64,000 nucleotides of DNA from assembly GCA_022825195.1 (NCBI GenBank), contig JAJDYL010000103.1, positions 7,874-71,873 on the forward strand. Direction: 5' to 3'. The translations under genes were made by a program, and so were the position numbers. Positions 1 through 8,083 of the stretch are shown in pieces (within the stretch, counting starts at the first letter, position 1; every line of letters begins with the position of its first letter). The notes below the pieces were generated by a model. It worked only from the letters and a program-made list of their open reading frames with translations, was not told the DNA's origin and did not search any database. Source of the DNA: Alphaproteobacteria bacterium (lineage in GTDB: Bacteria; Pseudomonadota; Alphaproteobacteria; Bin95).

Positions 1-1
1 C

Positions 2-1270
2 GCGACGCTGGAGGCGCGCTACGAGCGGCCCTACCAGATGCACGCCTCGCTGGGTCCATCGGCGGCGATGGCGACGTTCGCCGACGGCCGCCTGACCGTC
101 GCGACCCACAGCCAGGGGGTCTATCTCCTGCGCCTCGCATTGGCCGATGCGCTTGGCCTGGAGCCCGAAGCGATCCGTGTCCGCCACGCGCCGGGCGCCG
201 GCTGCTACGGCCATAACGGCGCCGACGATGCGGCCTTCGACGCGGCCCTTGTCGCCCGCGCTCTGCCCGGCGCGCCGGTGCTGCTCAAATGGACGCGCGA
301 GGAGGAGCACGCCTGGGAGCCCTACGGGTCCTGCGCGTCGATGGATCTGCGCGCGAGCCTCGACGGCGACGGCAGGATTGCCGCCTGGTCGCATGAGACA
401 TACAGCGACACCTATTCCATGCGGCCCCGTCCGGGCCCCGGCAGGATCGGCGCGGCGCGACTGCTGTCCGCCCGGTTCCTGGCCGAGCCGCTGGAGCCGC
501 CGGTCATGGGCCCGGCGATGGGGCGCCATATGGGCATCCACCGCAATCTCGACCCGCTCTACGACCTGCCGGAGAAGCGGCTGGTCAAGCATCTGGTCCG
601 GGACATGCCGCTCCGGGTGTCGTCGCTGCGCTCGCTCGGCGCCTACGCCAATGTCTTCGCCATCGAGTCCTTCATGGACGAGCTTGCCGGGGAAGCGGGC
701 CGCGATCCCGTTTCCTTCCGGCTCAGCCATCTTTCGGACCCGCGCGGCCGCGCGGTCATCGAGGCGGCGGCGGCGCGTCTCGACATAGCGGGCGCGGACT
801 GTCCTGCAGGCCGCGGGCGCGGGATCGGATTCGCGCAGTACAAGAACAGCGCCGCCTATGCCGCCGTCATCATGGAAGTATCGGTCACCGATGCCGGCGG
901 AATCCGGCTCGAACGCTGCGTCATCGCCGCGGATGCGGGCGAAATCGTGGACCGCGCCGGCCTCGCCGCGCAGCTCGAAGGCGGCGTCATCCAGGCGGCA
1001 AGCTGGACGCTCCACGAAGCGGTGACATTCGACCGGGGCGGCATTACCAGCCGCGACTGGGACAGCTATCCGATCCTGGGCTTCGACAATGTGCCCAGCT
1101 TCGAGACCGTGCTGATCGACCCCGGCCGACAGCCGTTCCTCGGCGCGGGCGAGGCCACGGCCGGCCCGACCGCAGCGGCCATCGCCAACGCCGTTCACGC
1201 CGCAACCGGGCTGAGGCTGCGGCGGATTCCCTTCACGCCGGACGAGCTGCGCGCCGCAGCCCTCGCATAG
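2..1270 (+). CDS. xanthine dehydrogenase-family molybdopterin-binding subunit (isoquinoline 1-oxidoreductase beta / aldehyde oxidoreductase-like), C-terminal part; 5' end lies outside the window
   Basis: Frame of ORF 38..1270 stays open to the window edge. The C-terminal MoCo-subunit signature is recognisable (…GGVIQAASWTLHEAV…AIANAVHAATG…). Confidence 0.8.
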   Translation, partial: ATLEARYERPYQMHASLGPSAAMATFADGRLTVATHSQGVYLLRLALADALGLEPEAIRVRHAPGAGCYGHNGADDAAFDAALVARALPGAPVLLKWTREEEHAWEPYGSCASMDLRASLDGDGRIAAWSHETYSDTYSMRPRPGPGRIGAARLLSARFLAEPLEPPVMGPAMGRHMGIHRNLDPLYDLPEKRLVKHLVRDMPLRVSSLRSLGAYANVFAIESFMDELAGEAGRDPVSFRLSHLSDPRGRAVIEAAAARLDIAGADCPAGRGRGIGFAQYKNSAAYAAVIMEVSVTDAGGIRLERCVIAADAGEIVDRAGLAAQLEGGVIQAASWTLHEAVTFDRGGITSRDWDSYPILGFDNVPSFETVLIDPGRQPFLGAGEATAGPTAAAIANAVHAATGLRLRRIPFTPDELRAAALA

Positions 1271-1292
1271 CCGTCCAAGCGCCCGTTTCGCG

Positions 1293-2243
1293 TCAGGCGG
1301 CGGAGACGGACCCGAATTCCCTTTGCTGCGCGCGCGCCACTTTGCGAACGGTTTCGGCGAAGAACCTGAAAGCGGAAATGTCCCAGGCCGAAATGCGCGA
1401 GACGATACCGGCGCGCAACCGGGTCCTGCCGAAGTCGAGCGGCAGAGGCTTGAGGCGGGGGCCGGGGATCCTGCCGAGGAACGCGACCGGGAGTCGGGAC
1501 AGGTAAGGCCCCGTGCCCATCAGCGCCAGGCCCGCGGGACCGGCGCGGACGACTGTGCCCACGCGTTTTCCGGTTCTGGCGAAGAGTTCGTTGAGCAGTG
1601 TCGCCAGGGGCGGCTGTTCCTCGTCATCCCGCGTTCTCGCGGGAGCTTCGCAGTCGATCCAGGGCCAGTCGGCCAGGTCGTCGCAGGTTGTCTTTTCGGT
1701 GTGAAGCGGGTGGTCCGAGCGGGCGACGATGCGCGATGTCATGTTGAAGAAGCTTTCGCGCCGCAGGATCGCCGGGAGGAGCCGTTCGGCGTCGATGCGG
1801 CCGCAATGGAGATCGCTCTCGCCGTTGACGAGCAGGCGGATACCCTCGGGGAATGTCATGGCATGGAGCCTGAGCTCGACGTTCGGGAAGGCCTCATGAA
1901 ATCTGGCGACGACCTCGGGCATGACCGCCTGCATCCATGTCGGGCCTGCGGTGACCCGCAGGCCGCTGGAATGGCCCGACAGCGCCGACTTGACCCTGCC
2001 TTCGGCGGTCTCGATCTCGTGCAGGATGTGGCGGGCCTGATCTGCGGCCGTGGCGCCGAATTCGGTAAGGCGGACGCCTGTCGGGAGCCGTTCGAACAGC
2101 TTTCCGCCGAATGCCGCCTCGAGCCGGGCGATGGCGCGCGACAATGCCGGTTGCGTCATTGCGATCCGGTCCGCCGCGCCCAGAACCGTGCCGGTTTCCG
2201 CAACAATGAGGAACTTCTTCAGGTCGCTGCGCTTTTCGAACAT
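1293..2243 (-). CDS. LysR-family transcriptional regulator
   Basis: N-terminal HTH (…GAADRIAMTQPALSRAIARLE…) plus LysR substrate-binding domain; GGAGAG RBS 8 nt upstream of the ATG. Confidence 0.9.
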   Translation of the reverse strand: MFEKRSDLKKFLIVAETGTVLGAADRIAMTQPALSRAIARLEAAFGGKLFERLPTGVRLTEFGATAADQARHILHEIETAEGRVKSALSGHSSGLRVTAGPTWMQAVMPEVVARFHEAFPNVELRLHAMTFPEGIRLLVNGESDLHCGRIDAERLLPAILRRESFFNMTSRIVARSDHPLHTEKTTCDDLADWPWIDCEAPARTRDDEEQPPLATLLNELFARTGKRVGTVVRAGPAGLALMGTGPYLSRLPVAFLGRIPGPRLKPLPLDFGRTRLRAGIVSRISAWDISAFRFFAETVRKVARAQQREFGSVSAA

Positions 2244-2760
2244 GCCGGCTTCTCTCCTTCGGCAGTCCGGAAGGAATCTTTGACATGCTATATATGTATA
2301 TGGCCGATGAAGTTAAGGGTGATAACATGGGTTTTTCGGTAAATTACACGAGTTTGTGAACATATTTTAACTCATAAGAATAGCCTATATGGCCTATAGG
2401 TTTTTCTCTTGAAACTCACAAGAAGGGGCAGAAGCAGCTATTATATTCGAATTATTACCTTATGTATTTCTCGCATAAAATTCGTTTATAGGCATTTCCG
2501 AAAGGGAGCATATACGCAGCCCTCTTGCCGTCATGCCCTGAGCTTATCTAAGGGGGCGTTCGGGCATGACGGAAAGAGAGCCGGGACGCCGGAGGCATCC
2601 TTCGCAACGAGCATGTCCAGGGCGCTGTCGGCGCCCATGGCTCCCCTGGCCGCCGACCCGAACGGAGTTATCCTTTCCGGGCATGTGCCGGCTGCCGACC
2701 GGAAGCTCCTGCCGTCCGACGAAGTCCCCTGCCGCCCGATGCAGAGGCGAGGATTGTCCG
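2244..2760. promoter_or_regulatory. AT-rich non-coding island containing the lysR promoter/RBS, a CCTATA-N5-TATAGG palindrome (2384-2400) and an 11-bp-stem hairpin (2527-2572)
   Basis: Visibly AT-rich versus its flanks; TTGACA at 2280 followed by TATATAT-rich sequence. The hairpin is inverted GCCGTCATGCC/GGCATGACGG(a). Confidence 0.6.
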
Positions 2761-3285
2761 TTACGAACTGCTGATGGCGGCAAGGATGGGCCGGATGGCG
2801 CGGTCGGCGATGTCCGCCAGTTCGTCCGGCGTGCGGTTCTGGATCGGATGGTCCACGAACACCACGGCCGGACGCACGCCCATGGCGTCGGCCTGCGCCG
2901 TCGCGGCGTCCCGGAACTCGACGGTCGCTACCGCGCAGCCGGGCATCCCCAGGCGATCGAGCTCGTTCATGTCATGCAAACTGCACGACGTGCACGAGCC
3001 TCAGTCCGCCAGCCCTTCGACAACGATGTCGCAGCGCTCCACAAGGTCCTGGATGACGCCGCGGGGAGCCGGCTTGGTGTGTGTCGGCTTGGCGAAGCGG
3101 AGCACGTTCAGGCCCCGCACCGCGAGCCGTTGCTCCACCGTGTCGAGAAACTCCACCGACCGCTCCTTGCCGATGGAAAGCAGGCCGATGGTGAGGCCGT
3201 CGAGACTCGTCGGCGGAACGACGGGCTGGCGCATGACCGGCTCCGTCTCCGCCGTCGGGTCTCGCATCGCATAGGGTTCCGTCAT
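2761..3285 (-). CDS. UGSC-motif (seleno)protein; in-frame TGA at 3001-3003 read as selenocysteine
   Basis: ORFs 3001..3342(-) and 2761..2979(-) are in the same frame and join across a single TGA, giving …VVEGLAD-U-GSCTSCSLHDMNELD…. The likely start is the internal ATG at 3283-3285 (MTEPYAMRDP…), which overlaps the upstream gene's stop as ATGA. Confidence 0.65.
2955..3000 (-). other. candidate SECIS-like stem-loop immediately 3' of the in-frame UGA
   Basis: mRNA reads UGA-GGCUCGU[GCAC-GUC-GUGC…CAUGACAUG]ACGAGCU. A 7-bp outer stem starts 1 nt after the UGA and encloses shorter internal pairings. Confidence 0.4.
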
Positions 3286-4886
3286 GTACCGATCTCCTTG
3301 GTTACAGGGTCCACCTGGCCGGCAATCCGCATTCCGGACCATCCGCCGATCACCGCCGAGAACAGGCCCGCCGGCCCGCCGGCGCGCGCGATGATGAATG
3401 TGCCTTCGCGGAATTTGTCGATCATTTCATCCTCGCGGCCGGGGTCTATCCCCTCGGCCAGTCCGCCCGCCCCCCGCACGACCTCGCTTCCGGGGCGCTT
3501 GAGGGCAGAGATGAGGGCGTCCTCGATCTCGCTGCGGCCCCAGCCGTCGTCCTTGTAGATTGCATGGTGCTCGGGCGAGAGCACCAGCAGGGCTCCGCCG
3601 AATTCGCAGAGCTTCGGGTGGTTCACGTTCCACAGGTAGCGGACCAGCGAGGCCGTCAGTTCTTCCGCCGTCCGGCTTTTCTGGTCCACGAACCCGCTCA
3701 CCCCTTCGCCGTGGAACAGGGTGACGGCCGATGCGCCCGGCCGGATGCCGCGCGAGACCGAAAGCGGCGTCCAGTCCGGGTCGGTCTCGTCCTCGGCGAA
3801 GCAGAAGGTGTATTTGCCCGGATTGCCCTGCATTGCGCGGTCGATTTCGCCCGGCCGGCCGCCGCCGACATTGCGGATGATGAGCTGGAAGGCCCGGCCG
3901 ATGGTCGCGTTGGCCCGGTTGCCCTGGCCGAGCGCGTTCAGGCCCCAGTTCATGCCGATGCGCCGCGCGACGGGGCCGTTCACGATGATGACCGGCCCGG
4001 CGAAATGGGTCGTGCAGAGCAGGCCGTGCATGGAGAAGCCCGGTATCAGCGCCGCTTCGACCGCCGCGAGAACGGTCGGGAAATATTCGGGCCGGCAGCC
4101 GGCCATCACGGCATTGATGGCCGCCTTCTCCACGGTGCAGGGCGCGAGGTTGGGCGGAATATCCCCGATAATTTCGTCCGCCGCCCGCGTCGTGCCCGCC
4201 AGCATCCGCGCGACGCGCAGGTCGGTCGGCGGCACGATCGGCAGCCCGTCCGTCCAGCCGCGGTCGAAGGCCGTCTCCATCGGGTCGTCATGGTCCTCCA
4301 CGACGATCCGGCGCGCCGAAAGCGGGATGTCGCCGAACCGCACGGCCAGCCTCTCCGGCATCCCGAATTCGACCGACAGAGACCCGCATCCGGGCTGGTT
4401 GTCCGGCAGGCTCTCGCCGAGATCGGCGCGGCCTGTCAGTGCGCGCCACTCGGCCTTGTTCCATCCGATCGCACGTTCGGCTTCGCTGCCGCCGCTGAAG
4501 CGGATCAGCGTCGGCACGGTCTCGATGTCGAGCCGGTAGGAGAGCTCCAGGTCGCCGTCATGCCGGGGGGCCGCACCCTCGGGAAAGGCGGGATCGTCCT
4601 GCGTGACCGCTACGGCGCCCCCCGCCGCCAGTTCCGCAAGGAGCGGCGCAACGAGGACGCAGGTCGGGCAGTCCCGCTTGACCACGGCAAGCAGGCCGTC
4701 GGAAGGAAGGGCGTCGCGCCAGCCGGTCACTCGTCCGTCTCCATGTTCGGTATGCGCAGTCTGCACGGAATCCGCACCGGACTCCAATTTTCGCCGGTCG
4801 CTTTGATAAAGTGTTTGCCAAGTGTATCTGTACACGGTACACCTTGGGGCAAATCCATAATGTCTGGTTGCGTGAAGTTTCGACAC
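3282..4886 (-). CDS. thioredoxin/glutaredoxin-like CxxC domain fused to a large uncharacterised C-terminal domain; true start uncertain
   Basis: …LLAVVKRDCPTCVLVAPLL… is a CPxC redox motif in a beta-strand/helix context. The stop is ATGA-coupled to the UGSC gene. The annotated GTG start lies inside the higB remnant, so the real start is probably further in. Confidence 0.6.
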   Translation of the reverse strand: MSKLHATRHYGFAPRCTVYRYTWQTLYQSDRRKLESGADSVQTAHTEHGDGRVTGWRDALPSDGLLAVVKRDCPTCVLVAPLLAELAAGGAVAVTQDDPAFPEGAAPRHDGDLELSYRLDIETVPTLIRFSGGSEAERAIGWNKAEWRALTGRADLGESLPDNQPGCGSLSVEFGMPERLAVRFGDIPLSARRIVVEDHDDPMETAFDRGWTDGLPIVPPTDLRVARMLAGTTRAADEIIGDIPPNLAPCTVEKAAINAVMAGCRPEYFPTVLAAVEAALIPGFSMHGLLCTTHFAGPVIIVNGPVARRIGMNWGLNALGQGNRANATIGRAFQLIIRNVGGGRPGEIDRAMQGNPGKYTFCFAEDETDPDWTPLSVSRGIRPGASAVTLFHGEGVSGFVDQKSRTAEELTASLVRYLWNVNHPKLCEFGGALLVLSPEHHAIYKDDGWGRSEIEDALISALKRPGSEVVRGAGGLAEGIDPGREDEMIDKFREGTFIIARAGGPAGLFSAVIGGWSGMRIAGQVDPVTKEIGT

Positions 4887-5065
4887 AAAGGGCTACAAGC
4901 GTTCTTCGAGCGGGACGAAGCTCGGCGCCTGCCCGGATACCTCTCCATGCCCTGAAGGGCGACCGGCGGGGCCAGTGGAGCATCCGCGTGTCCGGCAATT
5001 GGCGCGTCACCTGTCGCTTCGTCGAAGGTGGGGCCGTCGATATCGATCCGGTCGACTACCATTAG
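4860..5065 (+). pseudogene. higB: higB (HigB/RelE-type killer protein) remnant, frameshifted and shortened
   Basis: The N-terminal MSGCVKFRHKGLQAFFERDEARRLPGY is in one frame. The C-terminal …LHALKGDRRGQWSIRVSGNWRVTCRFVEGGAVDIDPVDYH is in another frame. Total length is about 206 nt against about 280 nt for intact HigB. Confidence 0.6.
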
Positions 5066-5077
5066 GGAGAGACGCCA

Positions 5078-5350
5078 ATGACCGACGCGATGATGAACCC
5101 GTCCCATCCGGGAGAAACGATCCGTGATTGCATCGAGGAAATGGGTTGGACCGTGACATATGCCGCCGGACAGTTGGGCGTGGCGAGGCATACCCTCTCG
5201 CGCCTGCTCAACGGCCATTCGGGTGTTTCGCCGTCGATGGCGCTGGCGCTGGAGCGGGTCGGCTGGAGCAATGCCGGTTTCTGGATGCGGCGGCAGGCCT
5301 CCTGGGACCTGGCGCAGGCAAGGTTGCGCGAAAGCACCAGAGCCGCGTGA
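5078..5350 (+). CDS. higA: HigA-family antitoxin (XRE HTH)
   Basis: …NPSHPGETIRDCIEEMGWTVTYAAGQLGVARHTLSRLLNGHSGVSPSMALALE… is the classic HigA HTH, 12 nt after the higB remnant. Confidence 0.85.
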   Translation: MTDAMMNPSHPGETIRDCIEEMGWTVTYAAGQLGVARHTLSRLLNGHSGVSPSMALALERVGWSNAGFWMRRQASWDLAQARLRESTRAA

Positions 5351-5432
5351 CAAGCGGAACTTGCTGCGAGCGTCCCAATAGCGAAATTCGGATGATTTCA
5401 GGCCGGACCGAAACCGTCACTCTGCTCGTTGC

Positions 5433-7058
5433 TCACAGTGCCGGCGCGCCTTGCATCGAAACCGTATCCGCCTCCATCGCCTCGGCCATGCGGCGCAGTT
5501 CGGCTTTCTGGATCTTGGTGCCGTTGGCGCTGTAGGTGACGGGGAAGGCGTCTATGGCGGCGGCTCGGACCGGGACCTTGTAGTTGGCCATGGTCTCGCG
5601 GCACCAGGCGAGAAGCGCGGCTTCGTCGTAGAAGGGTTTCCCCGCCGGGCGCACGAAGGCGAAGGCGCGGGGCCCTCGCGGGGTGGCGACGCCGACGACC
5701 TGGCAGCCGGCGACCGAAGGATGGGTCTCGATATGCGCCTCGATCTCGCTCGGGGCCGTAAGGAAGCCGGCGAGTCGCAGCGTGTCGCCCATGCGCGCCT
5801 CATAGATGAAGCTGCCGTCGGCGCGCATCCGCCCGGCATCCCCCGTGCGCAGGAAGCCGTCTTCGGTCATTGCCGCCGCTGTCGCTTCCGGGTTGCTCTC
5901 ATAGCGGAGGAACAGGCTGGGGCAGCGCATTTCGACTTCGCCCGAGACGCCCGGCGGGCAGAGTTCGCCGGTCTCGACATTGCGCACCCGGACGGCGGCT
6001 TCGGGCGCCACCGGATAGCCGCCGCCGGCAAGGCGGTCCTCCAGCGGCGCGTCGATCTTCTGGACGGCCATCAGCGCGCCCACCTCGCTCATGCCGTAAA
6101 GGCCGATCAGCGGCACGCCGCGCGCGAGCGTCCGAGCCGCGAAATCCTCCAGGGTCGGGTTGAACAGGGCGTAGCCGCACAATCTGAGGCTGGGGAAGGG
6201 GATCGGTTCCTCCCGCAGGGCCAGCATGCCGGCATACATGTCGTCCGTGCCCATGAAATGGGTGACCTTGTGGCGGCGCACGGCCTCGGCGGCCTCGCCC
6301 GGCGTGAACAGCGGCGCCAGCACGTTCGGCGCGCCCGCGGCCGCCGTCGCCATCATGGTCGAGAAGCCGAACACCCCGCAAAGCGGCGTCGCCTGGTAGC
6401 TCGCCGCGCCCGCCCGGTCCCAGCCGAAGGCGGCAACGCAGTCGCGGGCATGGCGCGTGACCGGCGCCTGTCCATGCAGCACGAATTTGGGTTTCGAGGT
6501 CGTGCCGGAGGTGGTGAAGACGTTGCAGGGGTCGTCCGGCGTTGCGCGGTCCCCGGCCATCGGGAGCGCCTCGAACAGTGTCCGCACCGCCGTCGCGGGC
6601 TTGCCGGCCACCCGCTCCGGAACCGCAGCCTCGCCCTCGTCGTAGACCAGCACCCGCTCAAGGCCGGACAACGCCTCGTAACCGATCTCCGCCAGCAGGC
6701 CGGCAAAGTCGATATCCTTGAAGCCCGGCCACATGGCGAGCGCCTTCGCGCCCGACCGCGACAGGATGTCCGCGACCTCCAGCGCCCGGAAGCGGGTGTT
6801 GACCGCGACGGCGACTGCGCCGAGGCGTCCGAGCGCGAAGTAGAGCGCGAGCCAGGCCGGCACGTTCGGCAACCAGAGCGCGACCTTGTCGCCGCGCCCG
6901 ATTCCGAGACCCGCCAATGCGGATGCGGCCCGGCGCGACCGGTCGAGCAGGTCGCCGTAGCTCCAGCTCCCGCCGCCATAGAGCAGCGCCGGCGCGTCCC
7001 CGGCTTCCGCGGCGACGCGCTCAAGCAGCGCGGAGAGGGTCTCCCGCTTCCCGGTCAT
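5433..7058 (-). CDS. AMP-dependent synthetase/ligase (acyl-CoA synthetase family)
   Basis: AMP-binding motif TSGTTSKPK and C-terminal lysine region; start overlaps the upstream stop by 4 nt. Confidence 0.9.
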   Translation of the reverse strand: MTGKRETLSALLERVAAEAGDAPALLYGGGSWSYGDLLDRSRRAASALAGLGIGRGDKVALWLPNVPAWLALYFALGRLGAVAVAVNTRFRALEVADILSRSGAKALAMWPGFKDIDFAGLLAEIGYEALSGLERVLVYDEGEAAVPERVAGKPATAVRTLFEALPMAGDRATPDDPCNVFTTSGTTSKPKFVLHGQAPVTRHARDCVAAFGWDRAGAASYQATPLCGVFGFSTMMATAAAGAPNVLAPLFTPGEAAEAVRRHKVTHFMGTDDMYAGMLALREEPIPFPSLRLCGYALFNPTLEDFAARTLARGVPLIGLYGMSEVGALMAVQKIDAPLEDRLAGGGYPVAPEAAVRVRNVETGELCPPGVSGEVEMRCPSLFLRYESNPEATAAAMTEDGFLRTGDAGRMRADGSFIYEARMGDTLRLAGFLTAPSEIEAHIETHPSVAGCQVVGVATPRGPRAFAFVRPAGKPFYDEAALLAWCRETMANYKVPVRAAAIDAFPVTYSANGTKIQKAELRRMAEAMEADTVSMQGAPAL

Positions 7059-8083
7059 GCCCGGACGAAACGGAAGACGTCGTCGGGTCCCCGCTCGCGC
7101 TCGACACGGCCCCCATGCCAGAGATTGTGGAGATGGGCGATGGCTTCGCCGATGGCGAAGGACTGCTGGTGCAGGTCGAGCGGGCGGTGGAAGAAGACCG
7201 GCAGCAGGTCGATGGCGTGTTGCGGTTCCGCCAGCGCTTCGCAGCCGTCGTCGAGGCGGACCCGGTGGTGGTCGCGAAGCTGGGCCAGCCGCTCATGCAG
7301 GCCATAGAACGGGCGGTCGTGGCTGCAGAGCGTGAAGGTGTCGTCGGGCAGGTGGGCAAAGGCGCGGGTGCTGTCCAGGAAGTGTTGCAGCGGGTCGCCG
7401 TCGGGCTCGACGAAATGCACGGACACATTGGTCGTGATGCGCGGCAGCACCTGGTCGCCGGAGATCAGCAGCTTCGACTCCGGGCAGGCGAGGCAGACAT
7501 GCTCCGGCGAATGGCCCGAGCCGATGATCGCCTGCCATTCCCGCTCGCCGATGCGGATGCGGTCGCCATGCTGGATGCGGTGATAGACGATGGGCGGGCG
7601 GACCACGTTCTGGGCGTAGAAATTCCCGCGCCCGCGCATGGCGTCCACCGTCGAGGTGGCCATGCCGTTGCGCCGCCAGAAGCGCAGCATCTCCTCCATG
7701 TTGCGTTCTCTGGCGTCGAAGGCGAAATGCGACCAGAGCCATTCCGAAAGGCTCATCCAGAGCTCGGCTTCGGGGAAGCGCGTCAGCAGCCATTGCGCGA
7801 GGCCCATATGGTCCGGGTGGAAATGCGTGACGAGCACGCGGCGCACCGGCCGCCCGGCCAGCAGCGTCCGGATCAGCGTCTCCCAGATGTCGCGGACACC
7901 ATCCTTGTTGAGCCCGCAATCGACGACGGTCCAGCCGTCGCCGTCCTCCAGCAGGTATAGGTTGATGTGGTCGAGAACGAAGGGCAGCGGCATCCGCACC
8001 CACCAGATCCCCTCCGCCACCTGCCGCGCCGCGCCTTCCGGCGGCGGCTCGTCATAGGGGTACTCGACGACGACGGCGTTCAC
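7055..8083 (-). CDS. MBL-fold metallo-hydrolase
   Basis: HFHPDHMG metal-binding motif. Start trimmed to the GTG (VNAVVVEYPYDEPP…) that overlaps the ubiK stop as GTGA; the ORF-track 5' extension is low-complexity. Confidence 0.75.
   Translation of the reverse strand: MNAVVVEYPYDEPPPEGAARQVAEGIWWVRMPLPFVLDHINLYLLEDGDGWTVVDCGLNKDGVRDIWETLIRTLLAGRPVRRVLVTHFHPDHMGLAQWLLTRFPEAELWMSLSEWLWSHFAFDARERNMEEMLRFWRRNGMATSTVDAMRGRGNFYAQNVVRPPIVYHRIQHGDRIRIGEREWQAIIGSGHSPEHVCLACPESKLLISGDQVLPRITTNVSVHFVEPDGDPLQHFLDSTRAFAHLPDDTFTLCSHDRPFYGLHERLAQLRDHHRVRLDDGCEALAEPQHAIDLLPVFFHRPLDLHQQSFAIGEAIAHLHNLWHGGRVERERGPDDVFRFVRA

Noticed and set aside
2409-2774. 121-aa plus-strand ORF spanning the AT-rich island into the UGSC gene.
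   Set aside because: No RBS. The N-terminal half is translated AT-rich filler (…YYIRIITLCISRIKFVYRHF…) and the rest is antisense to the selenoprotein gene.
2761-3342. Alternative reading of the split ORFs as a truncated pseudogene rather than a selenoprotein.
   Set aside because: Not excluded, but disfavoured. The downstream frame continues with a UGSC/…TSCS motif exactly at the stop, a hairpin follows the TGA, the downstream piece has no start of its own (internal TTG), and the upstream gene is ATGA-coupled, indicating a maintained operon.
3564-4955. Long plus-strand ORF (463 aa) antisense to the 534-aa CxxC-fusion gene. Similar long antisense or out-of-frame ORFs occur throughout: 5451..7307+, 11052..13727+, 14522..16333-, 19642..20799+ (N-terminal part), 22763..23851-, 23809..25137-, 28392..29606+, 30138..34031+, 34359..35816+, 35909..37597-, 44459..46702- (upstream part), 46817..48706-, 52696..55674+, 58323..60797-, 62521..63468-.
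   Set aside because: Their products are Arg/Ala/Gly/Pro-rich low-complexity strings. Each lies opposite or out of frame to a gene with clear family motifs, RBS and operon coupling. This is expected behaviour of high-GC DNA, where stop codons are rare in all frames.
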